From positions 1 through 21,305 of the forward strand of contig JAWOID010000096.1 in NCBI GenBank assembly GCA_046484865.1: 21,305 bases of DNA, written 5' to 3'. How positions within the stretch are numbered: position 1 is the first letter of the stretch; the number at the start of each line of letters is the position of its first letter. This DNA comes from Candidatus Krumholzibacteriia bacterium. GTDB lineage: Bacteria > Krumholzibacteriota > Krumholzibacteriia > LZORAL124-64-63. Below the pieces are notes generated by a model that saw only the letters and a list, made by a program, of their open reading frames with translations, had not been told where the DNA came from and did no database searches. The position numbers and the translations under genes are program-made. This document shows positions 8,875 to 16,519 of the stretch, piece after piece.

Positions 8875-9527
8875 CGCACGAGTACGCCGTGGCCCGGCGC
8901 CGGATGGTGCGCGAGCAGATCGTGGCCGCCGGCATCACCGATCCGGCGATCCTCGCCGCCCTGGCGGAGGTGCCGCGGCATCGGTTCGTGCCGGGTCCCC
9001 TGCAGCACCGGGCGTACCAGGCCAGCGCTCTGCCGATCGGCTACGGGCAGACCATCAGCAAGCCGTTCACGGTCGGCCTGATGACCGCGTTGCTGGAACT
9101 CCAGGGGCACGAGCACGTGCTCGAGATCGGCACCGGGTCGGGGTACCAGGCGGCCGTGCTTTCGCGCCTGACGCGCTCGGTGGTGACGATCGAACGCATC
9201 CGCCCGCTGGCCGACCGCGCCCGGGGCCTGCTGGCCGGCCTCGGCTACGACAACATCGACGTCCTCGCCGCCGATGGCGCCGCGGGCTGCTGGGACGCCG
9301 CACCGTTCGATGCCGCCGTGGTCACCGCCTGTTCTCCGGGCGTGCCCACGCAGATCATCGACCAGATCCGCGACGGCGGCTTCATCCTGTTGCCGATCGC
9401 CGCCGCCGGCCGGCAGACCCTCTATCGCTACCAGCGGCGGGGGTCGGAGCTGGTGGTGGAGGAGTCGGTGCCCTGCGCGTTCGTGCCGCTGCTCTCGGGC
9501 CTGGAGGAGGGGAACACCGATGCGTGA
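8871..9527 (+). CDS. pcm: Protein-L-isoaspartate O-methyltransferase
   Basis: ATGA overlap with the surE stop. VPRHRFVP, LPIGYGQTISKP, VLEIGTGSGYQAAVL, APFD, FVPL. Confidence 0.95.
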   Translation: MTHEYAVARRRMVREQIVAAGITDPAILAALAEVPRHRFVPGPLQHRAYQASALPIGYGQTISKPFTVGLMTALLELQGHEHVLEIGTGSGYQAAVLSRLTRSVVTIERIRPLADRARGLLAGLGYDNIDVLAADGAAGCWDAAPFDAAVVTACSPGVPTQIIDQIRDGGFILLPIAAAGRQTLYRYQRRGSELVVEESVPCAFVPLLSGLEEGNTDA

Positions 9528-10008
9528 GATGCTGCGGGAGCTGATCGCCCATCTGCCGCCCCCGCTGGCGGTGTTCGTGATCGCCATGCTGCCGGTGTTC
9601 GAGCTGCGCGGCGCCATCCCCGCCGGCTACGCGCTGGGCATGGACAGCCCGTGGTCGATCTTCCTGCTGGCGGTGGTCGGGAACTTCATGCCCGTGCTGC
9701 CGATCCTCTGCCTGCTGGGACCGGTGGAACGCTTCCTGCGTCGTTACCGGACCTGGGATCGCTTCTTCGACTGGCTTTTCCGGCGCACCGTCAGCCGCAG
9801 CGAGCTGATCCGGCGGTACCAGAGCCTGGGCCTGGTCCTGTTCGTCGCCATTCCGGCACCCATGACCGGCGCCTGGACGGGCAGCGTGGCCGCCTACCTG
9901 TTCAAACTCCCCTTGCGGCTCGCCATCCCGTGTATAATCTTGGGCATCCTCATCGCCGGCGTGGTGGTCTCGCTGGCCAGCCTGGGAGTGTTCTCCCTGT
10001 GGCGCTAG
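9520..10008 (+). CDS. COG2426 / 'small multi-drug export' family membrane protein
   Basis: AMLPVFELRGAIP, GN-x-x-PV, LFVAIPAPMTGAWTG signature. SD GGAGG before ATG 9520. Confidence 0.9.
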   Translation: MREMLRELIAHLPPPLAVFVIAMLPVFELRGAIPAGYALGMDSPWSIFLLAVVGNFMPVLPILCLLGPVERFLRRYRTWDRFFDWLFRRTVSRSELIRRYQSLGLVLFVAIPAPMTGAWTGSVAAYLFKLPLRLAIPCIILGILIAGVVVSLASLGVFSLWR

Positions 10009-10080
10009 AGGCTGGTCTGCGGCTACGTGTGCGGCGCGGCGGGAACCTTCACCGGTCCCGGCCGGTCATCTGGTCTTGGT

Positions 10081-10158
10081 CGGGGCGTAGCGCAGCCCGG
10101 TTAGCGCGCTTGCTTCGGGAGCAAGAGGTCGGGAGTTCGAATCTCCCCGCCCCGACCA
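10081..10158 (+). tRNA. tRNA-Pro (anticodon CGG)
   Basis: Acceptor CGGGGCG/CGCCCCG, anticodon stem CTTGC/GCAAG with loop TT-CGG-GA, T arm GGGAG-TTCGAAT-CTCCC, encoded ACCA. Confidence 0.97.
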
Positions 10159-10230
10159 CCTCCTTCCCGCCTGCTCAACCTCGAACCCTTCGCGCACACT
10201 CGGCCGTCGCCGTCCCGGCGAACATCCTGC

Positions 10231-10293
10231 TGACCGTTCTGGTGACCGCTCTGGCGACCGTCGTGGCCGCCGTTCCGGTGACCGTTCCGGTGA
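10231..10293 (+). repeat. 5 x 12-bp degenerate tandem repeat (consensus TGACCGTTCYGG)
   Basis: tgaccgttctgg / tgaccgctctgg / cgaccgtcgtgg / ccgccgttccgg / tgaccgttccgg. Confidence 0.75.
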
Positions 10294-10925
10294 TCGCCGG
10301 ACTTGCGGCCTCTGCCGGGAGCGCCGTGGCGGCCGCCGCCGCCGCCGCCCCTGCGGGTCGCGCCGATTCCGCCGTCTATCAGGTCCGCCGCGGCGACTAC
10401 CTGGGCCTGATCGCGAGCCGGTTCGGCGTATCCGTCGGCGACCTGCGGGTGGAGAACCGACTCGCATCCGACGTGATCCATCCCGGCCAGCGTCTGAAGA
10501 TCCGCTCGCCGTTCCGTCACGGGCGGGATGGCGACGTACGCTGGGCGCGCCCCGTGAGTCGTCCTGGACGCATCCTGCGCGAGTTCGGACCGTACGAGCA
10601 GGACGGGGTCGTGATGCCGCGCACCGGCGTCGACGTCGCCGCGACGGTCGGCACCGAGGTGCGCAGCGCGGCGCACGGCGTGGTGCGGTACGTGGGGGAG
10701 GTGGACGGTTTCGGCCGCCTCGTCATCGTGGAGCACGGCGCCGGGTACAGCACCGTGCTGTCGCCTCTGCAGGCGGACTCGCTGCCCTGGTCCGCCGGCG
10801 ACGCGGTGCTCCAGGGCGATCTCCTCGGTTGCGTGGCCGAGCCCCAAGAGGGCGACGAACCCTACCTGCACATCGAACTGCGGCGACGCGACCGGGCGGT
10901 CTCGCCGGCCCCGCTCCTGAGATGA
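10242..10925 (+). CDS. LysM + M23 peptidase-domain protein (NlpD-like); start uncertain
   Basis: LysM YQVRRGDYLGLIASRFGVSVGDLRVEN-L-SDVIHPGQRLKI, then M23-like WARPV...GVDVAA...GVVRYVG...FGRLVIVEH...PYLHIELR. No ATG after the tRNA; first in-frame GTG is at 10242. Confidence 0.82.
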   Translation: MTALATVVAAVPVTVPVIAGLAASAGSAVAAAAAAAPAGRADSAVYQVRRGDYLGLIASRFGVSVGDLRVENRLASDVIHPGQRLKIRSPFRHGRDGDVRWARPVSRPGRILREFGPYEQDGVVMPRTGVDVAATVGTEVRSAAHGVVRYVGEVDGFGRLVIVEHGAGYSTVLSPLQADSLPWSAGDAVLQGDLLGCVAEPQEGDEPYLHIELRRRDRAVSPAPLLR

Positions 10926-11022
10926 CGAGCGGGTCCGCAGGCTGTATCCTCGACCGGGTGGAAGGCGCGTCGGGCCGCGGCCACACGATCCGGGAGAACT
11001 TCAAGCCGAGGACGAGGTGAAC

Positions 11023-11535
11023 ATGGACCTGGCGACGATCATCCGCGACATACCCGACTTCCCTCAGCCCGGCATCCTCTTTCGCGACATCACGCCCATC
11101 TTCGAGGACCCGGACGCCTTCCGTGCCGCCCTCGACCAGCTGAGGGCGCTGCTCGAGGACGTCGAGTTCGACACGTTCGCGGCCGTCGAGTCGCGCGGCT
11201 TCCTGTTCGCCGCCCCGCTGGCAGCGGAGATGCGCAAGCGCGTCGTCCTGGTGCGCAAGGCCGGCAAGCTGCCCGGCGCCACGCACGCCGCCACCTACCA
11301 GCTGGAGTACGGCCAGGCCACGGTCGAATTGCACCGCGAGTCGTGCACCGGCCGGCGGGTGGTGCTCCTCGACGATCTGCTCGCCACCGGCGGCACCGCC
11401 GCCGCCGCCGCGGACCTGGTGCGGCGCGACGAGGGCACTATCGCGGCCTACCTCTTCCTGGTGGAACTGGACTTCCTGCGCGGCCGCGAGCAACTCGGCG
11501 ACGCGCCGGTCCTGACGGTGTTGCGGTACCCGTAG
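11023..11535 (+). CDS. apt: Adenine phosphoribosyltransferase
   Basis: IRDIPDFPQPGILFRDITP, ESRGF, RKAGKLPG, YQLEYG, VVLLDDLLATGGT PRPP-binding loop. Confidence 0.97.
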   Translation: MDLATIIRDIPDFPQPGILFRDITPIFEDPDAFRAALDQLRALLEDVEFDTFAAVESRGFLFAAPLAAEMRKRVVLVRKAGKLPGATHAATYQLEYGQATVELHRESCTGRRVVLLDDLLATGGTAAAAADLVRRDEGTIAAYLFLVELDFLRGREQLGDAPVLTVLRYP

Positions 11536-11689
11536 AGCCGCCCGCGCCCGGCTTCGATGCCGCCGCCCGGGTCCGGCACCGCCGCCGCGGCCCGGGTGCT
11601 CCGGACCCTCCGTGGTTGTGCGCCGCCGCCCGAGTGCCTAGATTGCGACCGGATCCGCAGCGAGTGCCGGGCCCGCGGGACCCGCAGGC

Positions 11690-11787
11690 GTCGAGCCCAG
11701 GGAGGTCGCCAGGGAGGTCGAGTGTACCCGGGTACACCGGCGCCACGGTGTCGAGCCCCGGAAGGTGGAGTGTACCCGGGTACACCG
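11690..11787. repeat. Two-copy direct repeat, each with the perfect 16-bp palindrome GTGTACCCGGGTACAC
   Basis: Palindromes at 11722-11737 and 11770-11785. Units GTCGAGCCC-x-GG-x-AGGT-x-GAGTGTACCCGGGTACACCG; the first has an internal duplication of CCAGGGAGGTCG. Confidence 0.9.
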
Positions 11788-11845
11788 ACCGACCGCGCGT
11801 GTCGCGCCCCGGGTGGTTCCAGCTCGGAGTCCGATCGTTCTGGGT

Positions 11846-11922
11846 GCCCCCGTAGCTCAGTTGGATAGAGCACCGGATTCCTAATCCGGGGGTCGTGGGT
11901 TCGAATCCCGCCGGGGGTACCA
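11846..11922 (+). tRNA. tRNA-Arg (anticodon CCT)
   Basis: Acceptor GCCCCCG/CGGGGGT, D arm GCTC-AGTTGGATA-GAGC, anticodon stem CCGGA/TCCGG with loop TT-CCT-AA, T arm GTGGG-TTCGAAT-CCCGC, encoded ACCA. Confidence 0.97.
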
Positions 11923-11959
11923 AGAACAAAGCCCGCAAGTGCAATCATTGTCCCAGCCC

Positions 11960-12164
11960 CGAGGCCGCCGTCCACGCCCGCAAGTTTAACGAGCTGCTCG
12001 CCAAGTTTGATACCCTCGCCCGCGAGGTCCTGGAGCGCTACTACGGCATCAACGGCGGCCCGATGAGTTTGGAGGCGATCGGCGCCACCGTGGGCTGTTC
12101 GCATGAAACCCTCCGGAAGATACGGAATCGGGCCCTCCGACAACTCCGCGTGTGGTATAATTGA
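11960..12164 (+). pseudogene. sigma70 region-4 (HTH) fragment without a credible start
   Basis: LAKFDTLAREVLERYYGINGGPMSLEAIGATVGCSHETLRKIRNRALRQLR resembles the RpoD/RpoS region-4 pattern. The only upstream in-frame start lies inside the tRNA; left boundary approximate. Confidence 0.65.
12151..12161 (+). promoter_or_regulatory. Extended -10 promoter TGTG-G-TATAAT
   Basis: Perfect TRTG-N-TATAAT, separated by 6 nt from ATG 12168 (leaderless geometry). Confidence 0.65.
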
Positions 12165-12167
12165 CGG

Positions 12168-12461
12168 ATGGGTTATGACTGGAAATCTGTTAGCCCCGTC
12201 CAGCCGATGGTGGTCGTGCGCGACTACGTCGAGGACCACTATCAGCCGGTCCGCGGGAGGAAGGCGCGCGTGGTCGTGGTCGAGCATGGGCGCGTTCTGG
12301 AGGACGTGACGCTTGATCGCTGGGCCGCGCTCCGAGCCGACCGCCACTGCGACGCAAGTTGCGCCCGCCCCTTCCCTACGACCCGCGGTGAGCGCCGACC
12401 GGATGACTTCTGGACGACGCTGGAGGACTTCGCCGCTGGGCGCGTAGTCGCTCCACACTGA
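12168..12461 (+). CDS. Hypothetical protein (97 aa), probably leaderless
   Basis: ATG sits at the predicted start site of the extended -10 promoter. GC3-biased codons; no recognisable domain. Confidence 0.55.
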   Translation: MGYDWKSVSPVQPMVVVRDYVEDHYQPVRGRKARVVVVEHGRVLEDVTLDRWAALRADRHCDASCARPFPTTRGERRPDDFWTTLEDFAAGRVVAPH

Positions 12462-12592
12462 CACCTCTCCCTCTGACTGCTCCCAACGGATGACGCCCCG
12501 CCGATAGTCGCCGTGGACAAACCCCTGATCGACGGGCTAATTTCGCCCCGTTCGGATCGGCATGGGCATTGCGACTTCGACGGAGGCCTCCC

Positions 12593-14200
12593 GTGGACCT
12601 GGAGCACAGCATCCTCTACTATGGCGACAACCTCGACGTCCTGCGGCGTCACGTCGATGACGAGTCAGTTGACCTCGTCTACCTTGATCCGCCGTTCAAC
12701 AGCAATCAGGACTACAACGTTCTCTTCGCGGAGAAGAACGGCGCGCAGTCGACGGCGCAGATTCAAGCGTTCGAGGATACCTGGCATTGGGATCAGCGTG
12801 CCGCCTATGCCTACCAGGAGGCGGTTGAATCTGGCGGGCAGGTCGCGCAGGCGATGGTCGCGTTCCGACAGTTGCTTGGGGACTCAGACATGATGGCCTA
12901 CCTGGCGATGATGGCGCCCCGTATCGTGGACTTGCATCGCGTTCTCAAAGATGATGGTTCGATCTACGTTCACTGTGATACTACTGCAAGCCACTATCTG
13001 AAGGTGCTTTTGGACTCCGTCTTCGGGCCGAAGCGCTTTCGGAATGAGATTATCTGGAAGCGCACTTCCGGGCACAGTGACGCACGCCGCTATGGTCGAG
13101 TTCACGATACGGTTCTCTACTTCGCAAAGGGCGATAGCCCCAAGTGGAACCAGATCTATCAGCCCTACGAGCAAGCCTACGTTGACCAGTACTACCGCTA
13201 TATGGACCCCGACGGCCGACGTTTCATGTCCGACAACCTTAGCGCTTCTGGCCTGCAAGGTGGCGGATACGAATACGAGTGGAAGGGTATTGAGCGCGTT
13301 TGGAGATGTCCCTTTGAGACAATGAAGGAACTCGACAAGCAGGGGCGGATCTTCTACACGAGAAACGGGATCCCGAGACGCAAGCGGTATCTCGACGAAG
13401 CCAAGGGCTTACCGATTCAGGACGTCTGGACGGACCTAGAAGCTCTCCGATCGTGGCACGGTGAGAGGCTGGGGTATCCCACGCAGAAGCCGGAAAGCCT
13501 CTTGGAGCGGATTATCCTCGCATCGTCGGACGAAGGCGATGTCGTACTTGATCCGTTCTGCGGATGCGGCACGACGATCAGCGTTGCCCAGAAGCTCAAT
13601 CGTCGGTGGATCGGGATCGACATCACCTACTTGGCAATCACACTGATCCGGCACCGACTGACAGACATCTTCGGGCCTGCCGCCAAGTTCGATGTCATGG
13701 GTGAGCCTGTCACGGCGTCGGAGGCTCAGGAGTTAGCGACCGAGGACCCCTATCAGTTCCAATGGTGGGCTCTCGGCCTAGTGAATGCCCGACCGGCGGA
13801 AGGCAAGAAGGGCGCGGACCGCGGCATCGACGGCCGGCTCTACTTCCACGACGAAGGTGCGAAGGGGACTACGAAGCAGGTGATCTTTTCCGTGAAGGCG
13901 GGAAAGACAGGATCTCCTCACGTGCGGGATCTCCGCGGCGTGATCGAGAGAGAGAAGGCAACGATCGGCGTTCTGATTTCGATGCAGGAGCCCACCGCGC
14001 AGATGAGGAAGGAAGCCGCGAACGCAGGCTTCTACCAGTCCCCATGGGGCAAGCACGCCCGAATCCAGCTCCTAACGATCGCCGAGTTGCTTGACGGCCG
14101 CCGGGTTGACATGCCCGCGACGGCCGGCGTCAACGTGACCTTCAAGAGGGCGCCGAAGGCACAGGCGACGAAGGCGAAGGACCCGAAGCTTTTCGATTGA
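12593..14200 (+). CDS. N6A/N4C DNA methyltransferase (beta-type motif order) fused to a C-terminal Mrr-like restriction endonuclease domain
   Basis: SD GGAGG before GTG 12593. LYYGDNL, DLVYLDPPF (motif IV), YPTQKPE-x-LL, VVLDPFCGCGTT (motif I). C-terminus GADRGIDG...VIFSVKAG...VRDLRGVIEREKA...IQLLTIAELL. Confidence 0.9.
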   Translation: MDLEHSILYYGDNLDVLRRHVDDESVDLVYLDPPFNSNQDYNVLFAEKNGAQSTAQIQAFEDTWHWDQRAAYAYQEAVESGGQVAQAMVAFRQLLGDSDMMAYLAMMAPRIVDLHRVLKDDGSIYVHCDTTASHYLKVLLDSVFGPKRFRNEIIWKRTSGHSDARRYGRVHDTVLYFAKGDSPKWNQIYQPYEQAYVDQYYRYMDPDGRRFMSDNLSASGLQGGGYEYEWKGIERVWRCPFETMKELDKQGRIFYTRNGIPRRKRYLDEAKGLPIQDVWTDLEALRSWHGERLGYPTQKPESLLERIILASSDEGDVVLDPFCGCGTTISVAQKLNRRWIGIDITYLAITLIRHRLTDIFGPAAKFDVMGEPVTASEAQELATEDPYQFQWWALGLVNARPAEGKKGADRGIDGRLYFHDEGAKGTTKQVIFSVKAGKTGSPHVRDLRGVIEREKATIGVLISMQEPTAQMRKEAANAGFYQSPWGKHARIQLLTIAELLDGRRVDMPATAGVNVTFKRAPKAQATKAKDPKLFD

Positions 14201-14216
14201 TGATCGAGGAAACGCC

Positions 14217-14822
14217 ATGTTCCAGCCGGATCCCAGTACGCTCTCAATTGGCGAGGTGATTCGCCGGATCTGCAACCTCAACGATGGAATCTGCGATTTC
14301 TGGAGACGTGCTTATGGATGGGCGCCTGGCGAGGCGGCTTCGCTGCTCGCCGAGTCTCGGCTCGACCGCCAAGCGGCGCTCTCGCGTTGTCTGGCACTCT
14401 GGATGCCCGAGGCGCATCCGGAAGCGCGCCGAGACGGTGCTCTGATACTCGGGTGGGCTAACCTCGGCGCTCTCGTCGAGGGAACGCTGAAATGGTTCCT
14501 TTCGGTGTACAGAGAAGAAGTTCCGGATGATGCGATTAAGAAGTTTCGGAAGACGATCGGACCAGAAGCCGCAACGCTCGAACAATTGCGGCTGTTCTAC
14601 CTGAACCACTACGTTTGGTTCAAAGACGAGCGAGACGAATGGGATCCCTGGCTCACCGAGATTCGCGACCGGCGGAACGCGGTCCACGCCTATAAGGACA
14701 GCAGCATCGGGACTTTCGAGGACCTACACAACGCAATCAAAAAGTACCTAGAGCTGATTCGGACGCTCGAAGGTCGTATGCCGTATCCGGATGAACATCC
14801 AGGACCGCAGGAGAACGGATGA
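14217..14822 (+). CDS. HEPN-motif protein (putative RNase)
   Basis: Helical-looking 201 aa with LGALVEGTLK (ExxxK) and IRDRRNAVH (Rx4H). SD GAGG; 16 nt after the MTase stop. Confidence 0.65.
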   Translation: MFQPDPSTLSIGEVIRRICNLNDGICDFWRRAYGWAPGEAASLLAESRLDRQAALSRCLALWMPEAHPEARRDGALILGWANLGALVEGTLKWFLSVYREEVPDDAIKKFRKTIGPEAATLEQLRLFYLNHYVWFKDERDEWDPWLTEIRDRRNAVHAYKDSSIGTFEDLHNAIKKYLELIRTLEGRMPYPDEHPGPQENG

Positions 14823-14824
14823 CC

Positions 14825-15430
14825 TCACACGTGATCCCAAACACTAGAGATGTAGGCTAGTTCCCCGATCAATGCCGCATCAAGCCCAGGGACAGGCACG
14901 GTCGGAGCAAACAGCCGATTTCTACCAACGTCCAGGACTGCCATCGTGACGTTGCGCGCCTGAACGCGAAGCGCCCGGTCCATGACGTGGCAAACTACAT
15001 CAGCCTTGACCTTCGAGAGTTCGGGCTTCGCCGGGAAGTAGAGCTTCACGAGATAGTGGGCGCCGCCGAACACGAGCCCTAACTCCGGATTCACCGAAAC
15101 CGTGATGTCACCACGACCATAGTCGCCTGATACAGGATCGAACCAACGGATATCCTTTCGTCCCCAGAAACGCGCGTATCCGTCAATTGCCCTCGGGTAA
15201 GCTGCGATCTTCTTCTGGTCTGACAGCTCACGAAGTAGCGCTCGAATCTGCGCTTTCCCTTGTCCTTGACGGTGGACTCTGACTATCCGGTCCCGCGCAG
15301 CCTTCCAGAAGTCGGTCCGCGGATCGTAGCCGTCTTCGAGCTGCTTCTTCGTCTGGCGGACGGCGGTGAGTTTGGGCGTCCCCGACGAAGCAACGATTCG
15401 GACGAAACGAGTCAAGCTTATAGTAGGCAT
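14825..15430 (-). CDS. Hypothetical protein, possibly PD-(D/E)xK-like fold
   Basis: 201-aa ORF with SD-like GAGGGG. Motif VSVNPELGL-x7-LVKLYF followed by a helix and a AVLDV strand. Confidence 0.7.
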   Translation of the reverse strand: MPTISLTRFVRIVASSGTPKLTAVRQTKKQLEDGYDPRTDFWKAARDRIVRVHRQGQGKAQIRALLRELSDQKKIAAYPRAIDGYARFWGRKDIRWFDPVSGDYGRGDITVSVNPELGLVFGGAHYLVKLYFPAKPELSKVKADVVCHVMDRALRVQARNVTMAVLDVGRNRLFAPTVPVPGLDAALIGELAYISSVWDHV

Positions 15431-15652
15431 ACGCTTCCCCTCGCACAGAGCCCAAGTGAGGCAGGAATGTACGGGGACGATGCGCCGATGTACAGCCGAA
15501 ACAACTCGCTAGGCGGGGCCGCCTGACGACACTTCGCTTCCGTATGCCGTCCACTTGCGCTGCCCAGAATTGCAGCCGGTACGTCGAGATCGACGCGCCG
15601 AACGGCGAGCTTCTCTTGATCTTCGGTGAGGAATTTCATTCCGACTTTTCCG

Positions 15653-15681
15653 TTGACGGGCGACCGGACCGCCCATATTCT
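15653..15681 (+). promoter_or_regulatory. sigma70 promoter firing toward the 3' end of the DUF3800 gene
   Basis: TTGACG (15653-15658), 17 nt, TATTCT (15676-15681). No credible plus-strand CDS follows. Confidence 0.7.
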
Positions 15682-15687
15682 GTCGAT

Positions 15688-15750
15688 AGAAAATGGACTG
15701 GGATACCCGGTCGGCGTTGGGCCTCGGCGTAAGTCGGGGCCTTTCGCTTC
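15688..15750 (+). ncRNA. Structured small RNA associated with the DUF3800 gene
   Basis: P1 GACUGGG-AUA-CCCGGUC (15696-15712); P2 GGCG/CGCU (15713-16/15745-48); P3 GGCCUCGGC-GUAA-GUCGGGGCC (15720-15741) with GNRA loop. G-U pairs form only on the plus strand, matching the promoter direction. Confidence 0.7.
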
Positions 15751-16482
15751 CTACGGGAACACCTTCAGCCCCCAGCCCATAAGCCGCCCTCCTGGACCTC
15801 TCCTGAACTTCTGCTCGATGACCTCGTGAGCCCGGTTCGGCTGCGTAGGTTTCAGGTGGTGTCGCCCAATCGGGCGCGCTATCAGGTCGGCGATCTGAAG
15901 TCCGCAGGAGTTCGTGGCCTTTGAGGCGAAGCGGATCTTGAAGGGGAGCGTCTGGCCCGTCGCGTTGGTTTCACAGTACCTGCGAAACTGAAGCTCCAGG
16001 TCGTCATCCTCCTTCTTGCCCCTCCGCTCGAACACGAACCAGACCGTGCCGGGCGTAGACTGCTGGAGGTGCAGATAGATCCGCTCCAGGCCGAAGGCCA
16101 TCGCGAGATGGTACGGGTTGCCGGGCGTCAGGTAGCTGCTCTTCAGGCTCTCCTTGTCGATCACGCTTGCCACCAAAGTGAACGGCGTTTGCTCAATCAG
16201 GCTATCTAGGTCCGCATGGAACTCGGTGCGGACCTGCGGGTCGTTCAGGACCTGGAAGTCGCCCTCGCGCTTCCGGATCTCCCGCTCGTGTAGGATGACC
16301 TGGTCGTGGCCGAAGTGCTTGAACTTGAGGTCGATCAGAGCCGGGACCGCCGTGCGTGCGTAGTTGTCCTTCCTGAAGAGGCAGAAGGCCAAGACGAAAA
16401 TCGGATAGTTGGGGTCCGCAGTTTCGAGCCCGTGGTCCCCGCTCTCGTCAACGAACACGATGAAGTCGTCAAAGCTCGGCAT
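15751..16482 (-). CDS. DUF3800 domain-containing protein
   Basis: IVFVDESGD, YPIFVL, ILHEREIR, VFERRG, GLQIADLIARP, GLKVFP C-terminus. The DESG...QxAD signature is characteristic of DUF3800. Confidence 0.9.
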   Translation of the reverse strand: MPSFDDFIVFVDESGDHGLETADPNYPIFVLAFCLFRKDNYARTAVPALIDLKFKHFGHDQVILHEREIRKREGDFQVLNDPQVRTEFHADLDSLIEQTPFTLVASVIDKESLKSSYLTPGNPYHLAMAFGLERIYLHLQQSTPGTVWFVFERRGKKEDDDLELQFRRYCETNATGQTLPFKIRFASKATNSCGLQIADLIARPIGRHHLKPTQPNRAHEVIEQKFRRGPGGRLMGWGLKVFP

Positions 16483-16489
16483 GGCGGCG

Positions 16490-16519
16490 AGGATAGCCTA
16501 CGCGCCGATGGAGGTGCAA
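16490..16519 (-). promoter_or_regulatory. Putative promoter for a leaderless DUF3800 mRNA
   Basis: Minus strand TTGCAC, 18 nt, TATCCT, 7 nt, ATG. No SD sequence. Confidence 0.5.

Noticed and set aside
9931..9938. TATAAT inside the COG2426 gene as a promoter for tRNA-Pro(CGG)
   Set aside because: No -35 at proper spacing (TTGCGG is 14 nt away) and no true TGn extension; plausible but unsupported.
9651..10241. 5' extension of the LysM/M23 ORF
   Set aside because: It runs through the COG2426 gene and an intact tRNA-Pro.
11690..11787. CRISPR array
   Set aside because: Only two repeat copies, a ~10-nt gap between units, and no cas genes in the window.
15418..15639. 73-aa minus-strand ORF MKFLTEDQEK...
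   Set aside because: No recognisable motif, weak SD, and it overlaps the next gene's start. It could be a gene remnant but cannot be supported.
15696..15750. Simple intrinsic terminator of the DUF3800 gene
   Set aside because: On the gene's (minus) strand the stems contain A-C mismatches and lose the GNRA loop; structure and promoter both favour the plus strand.
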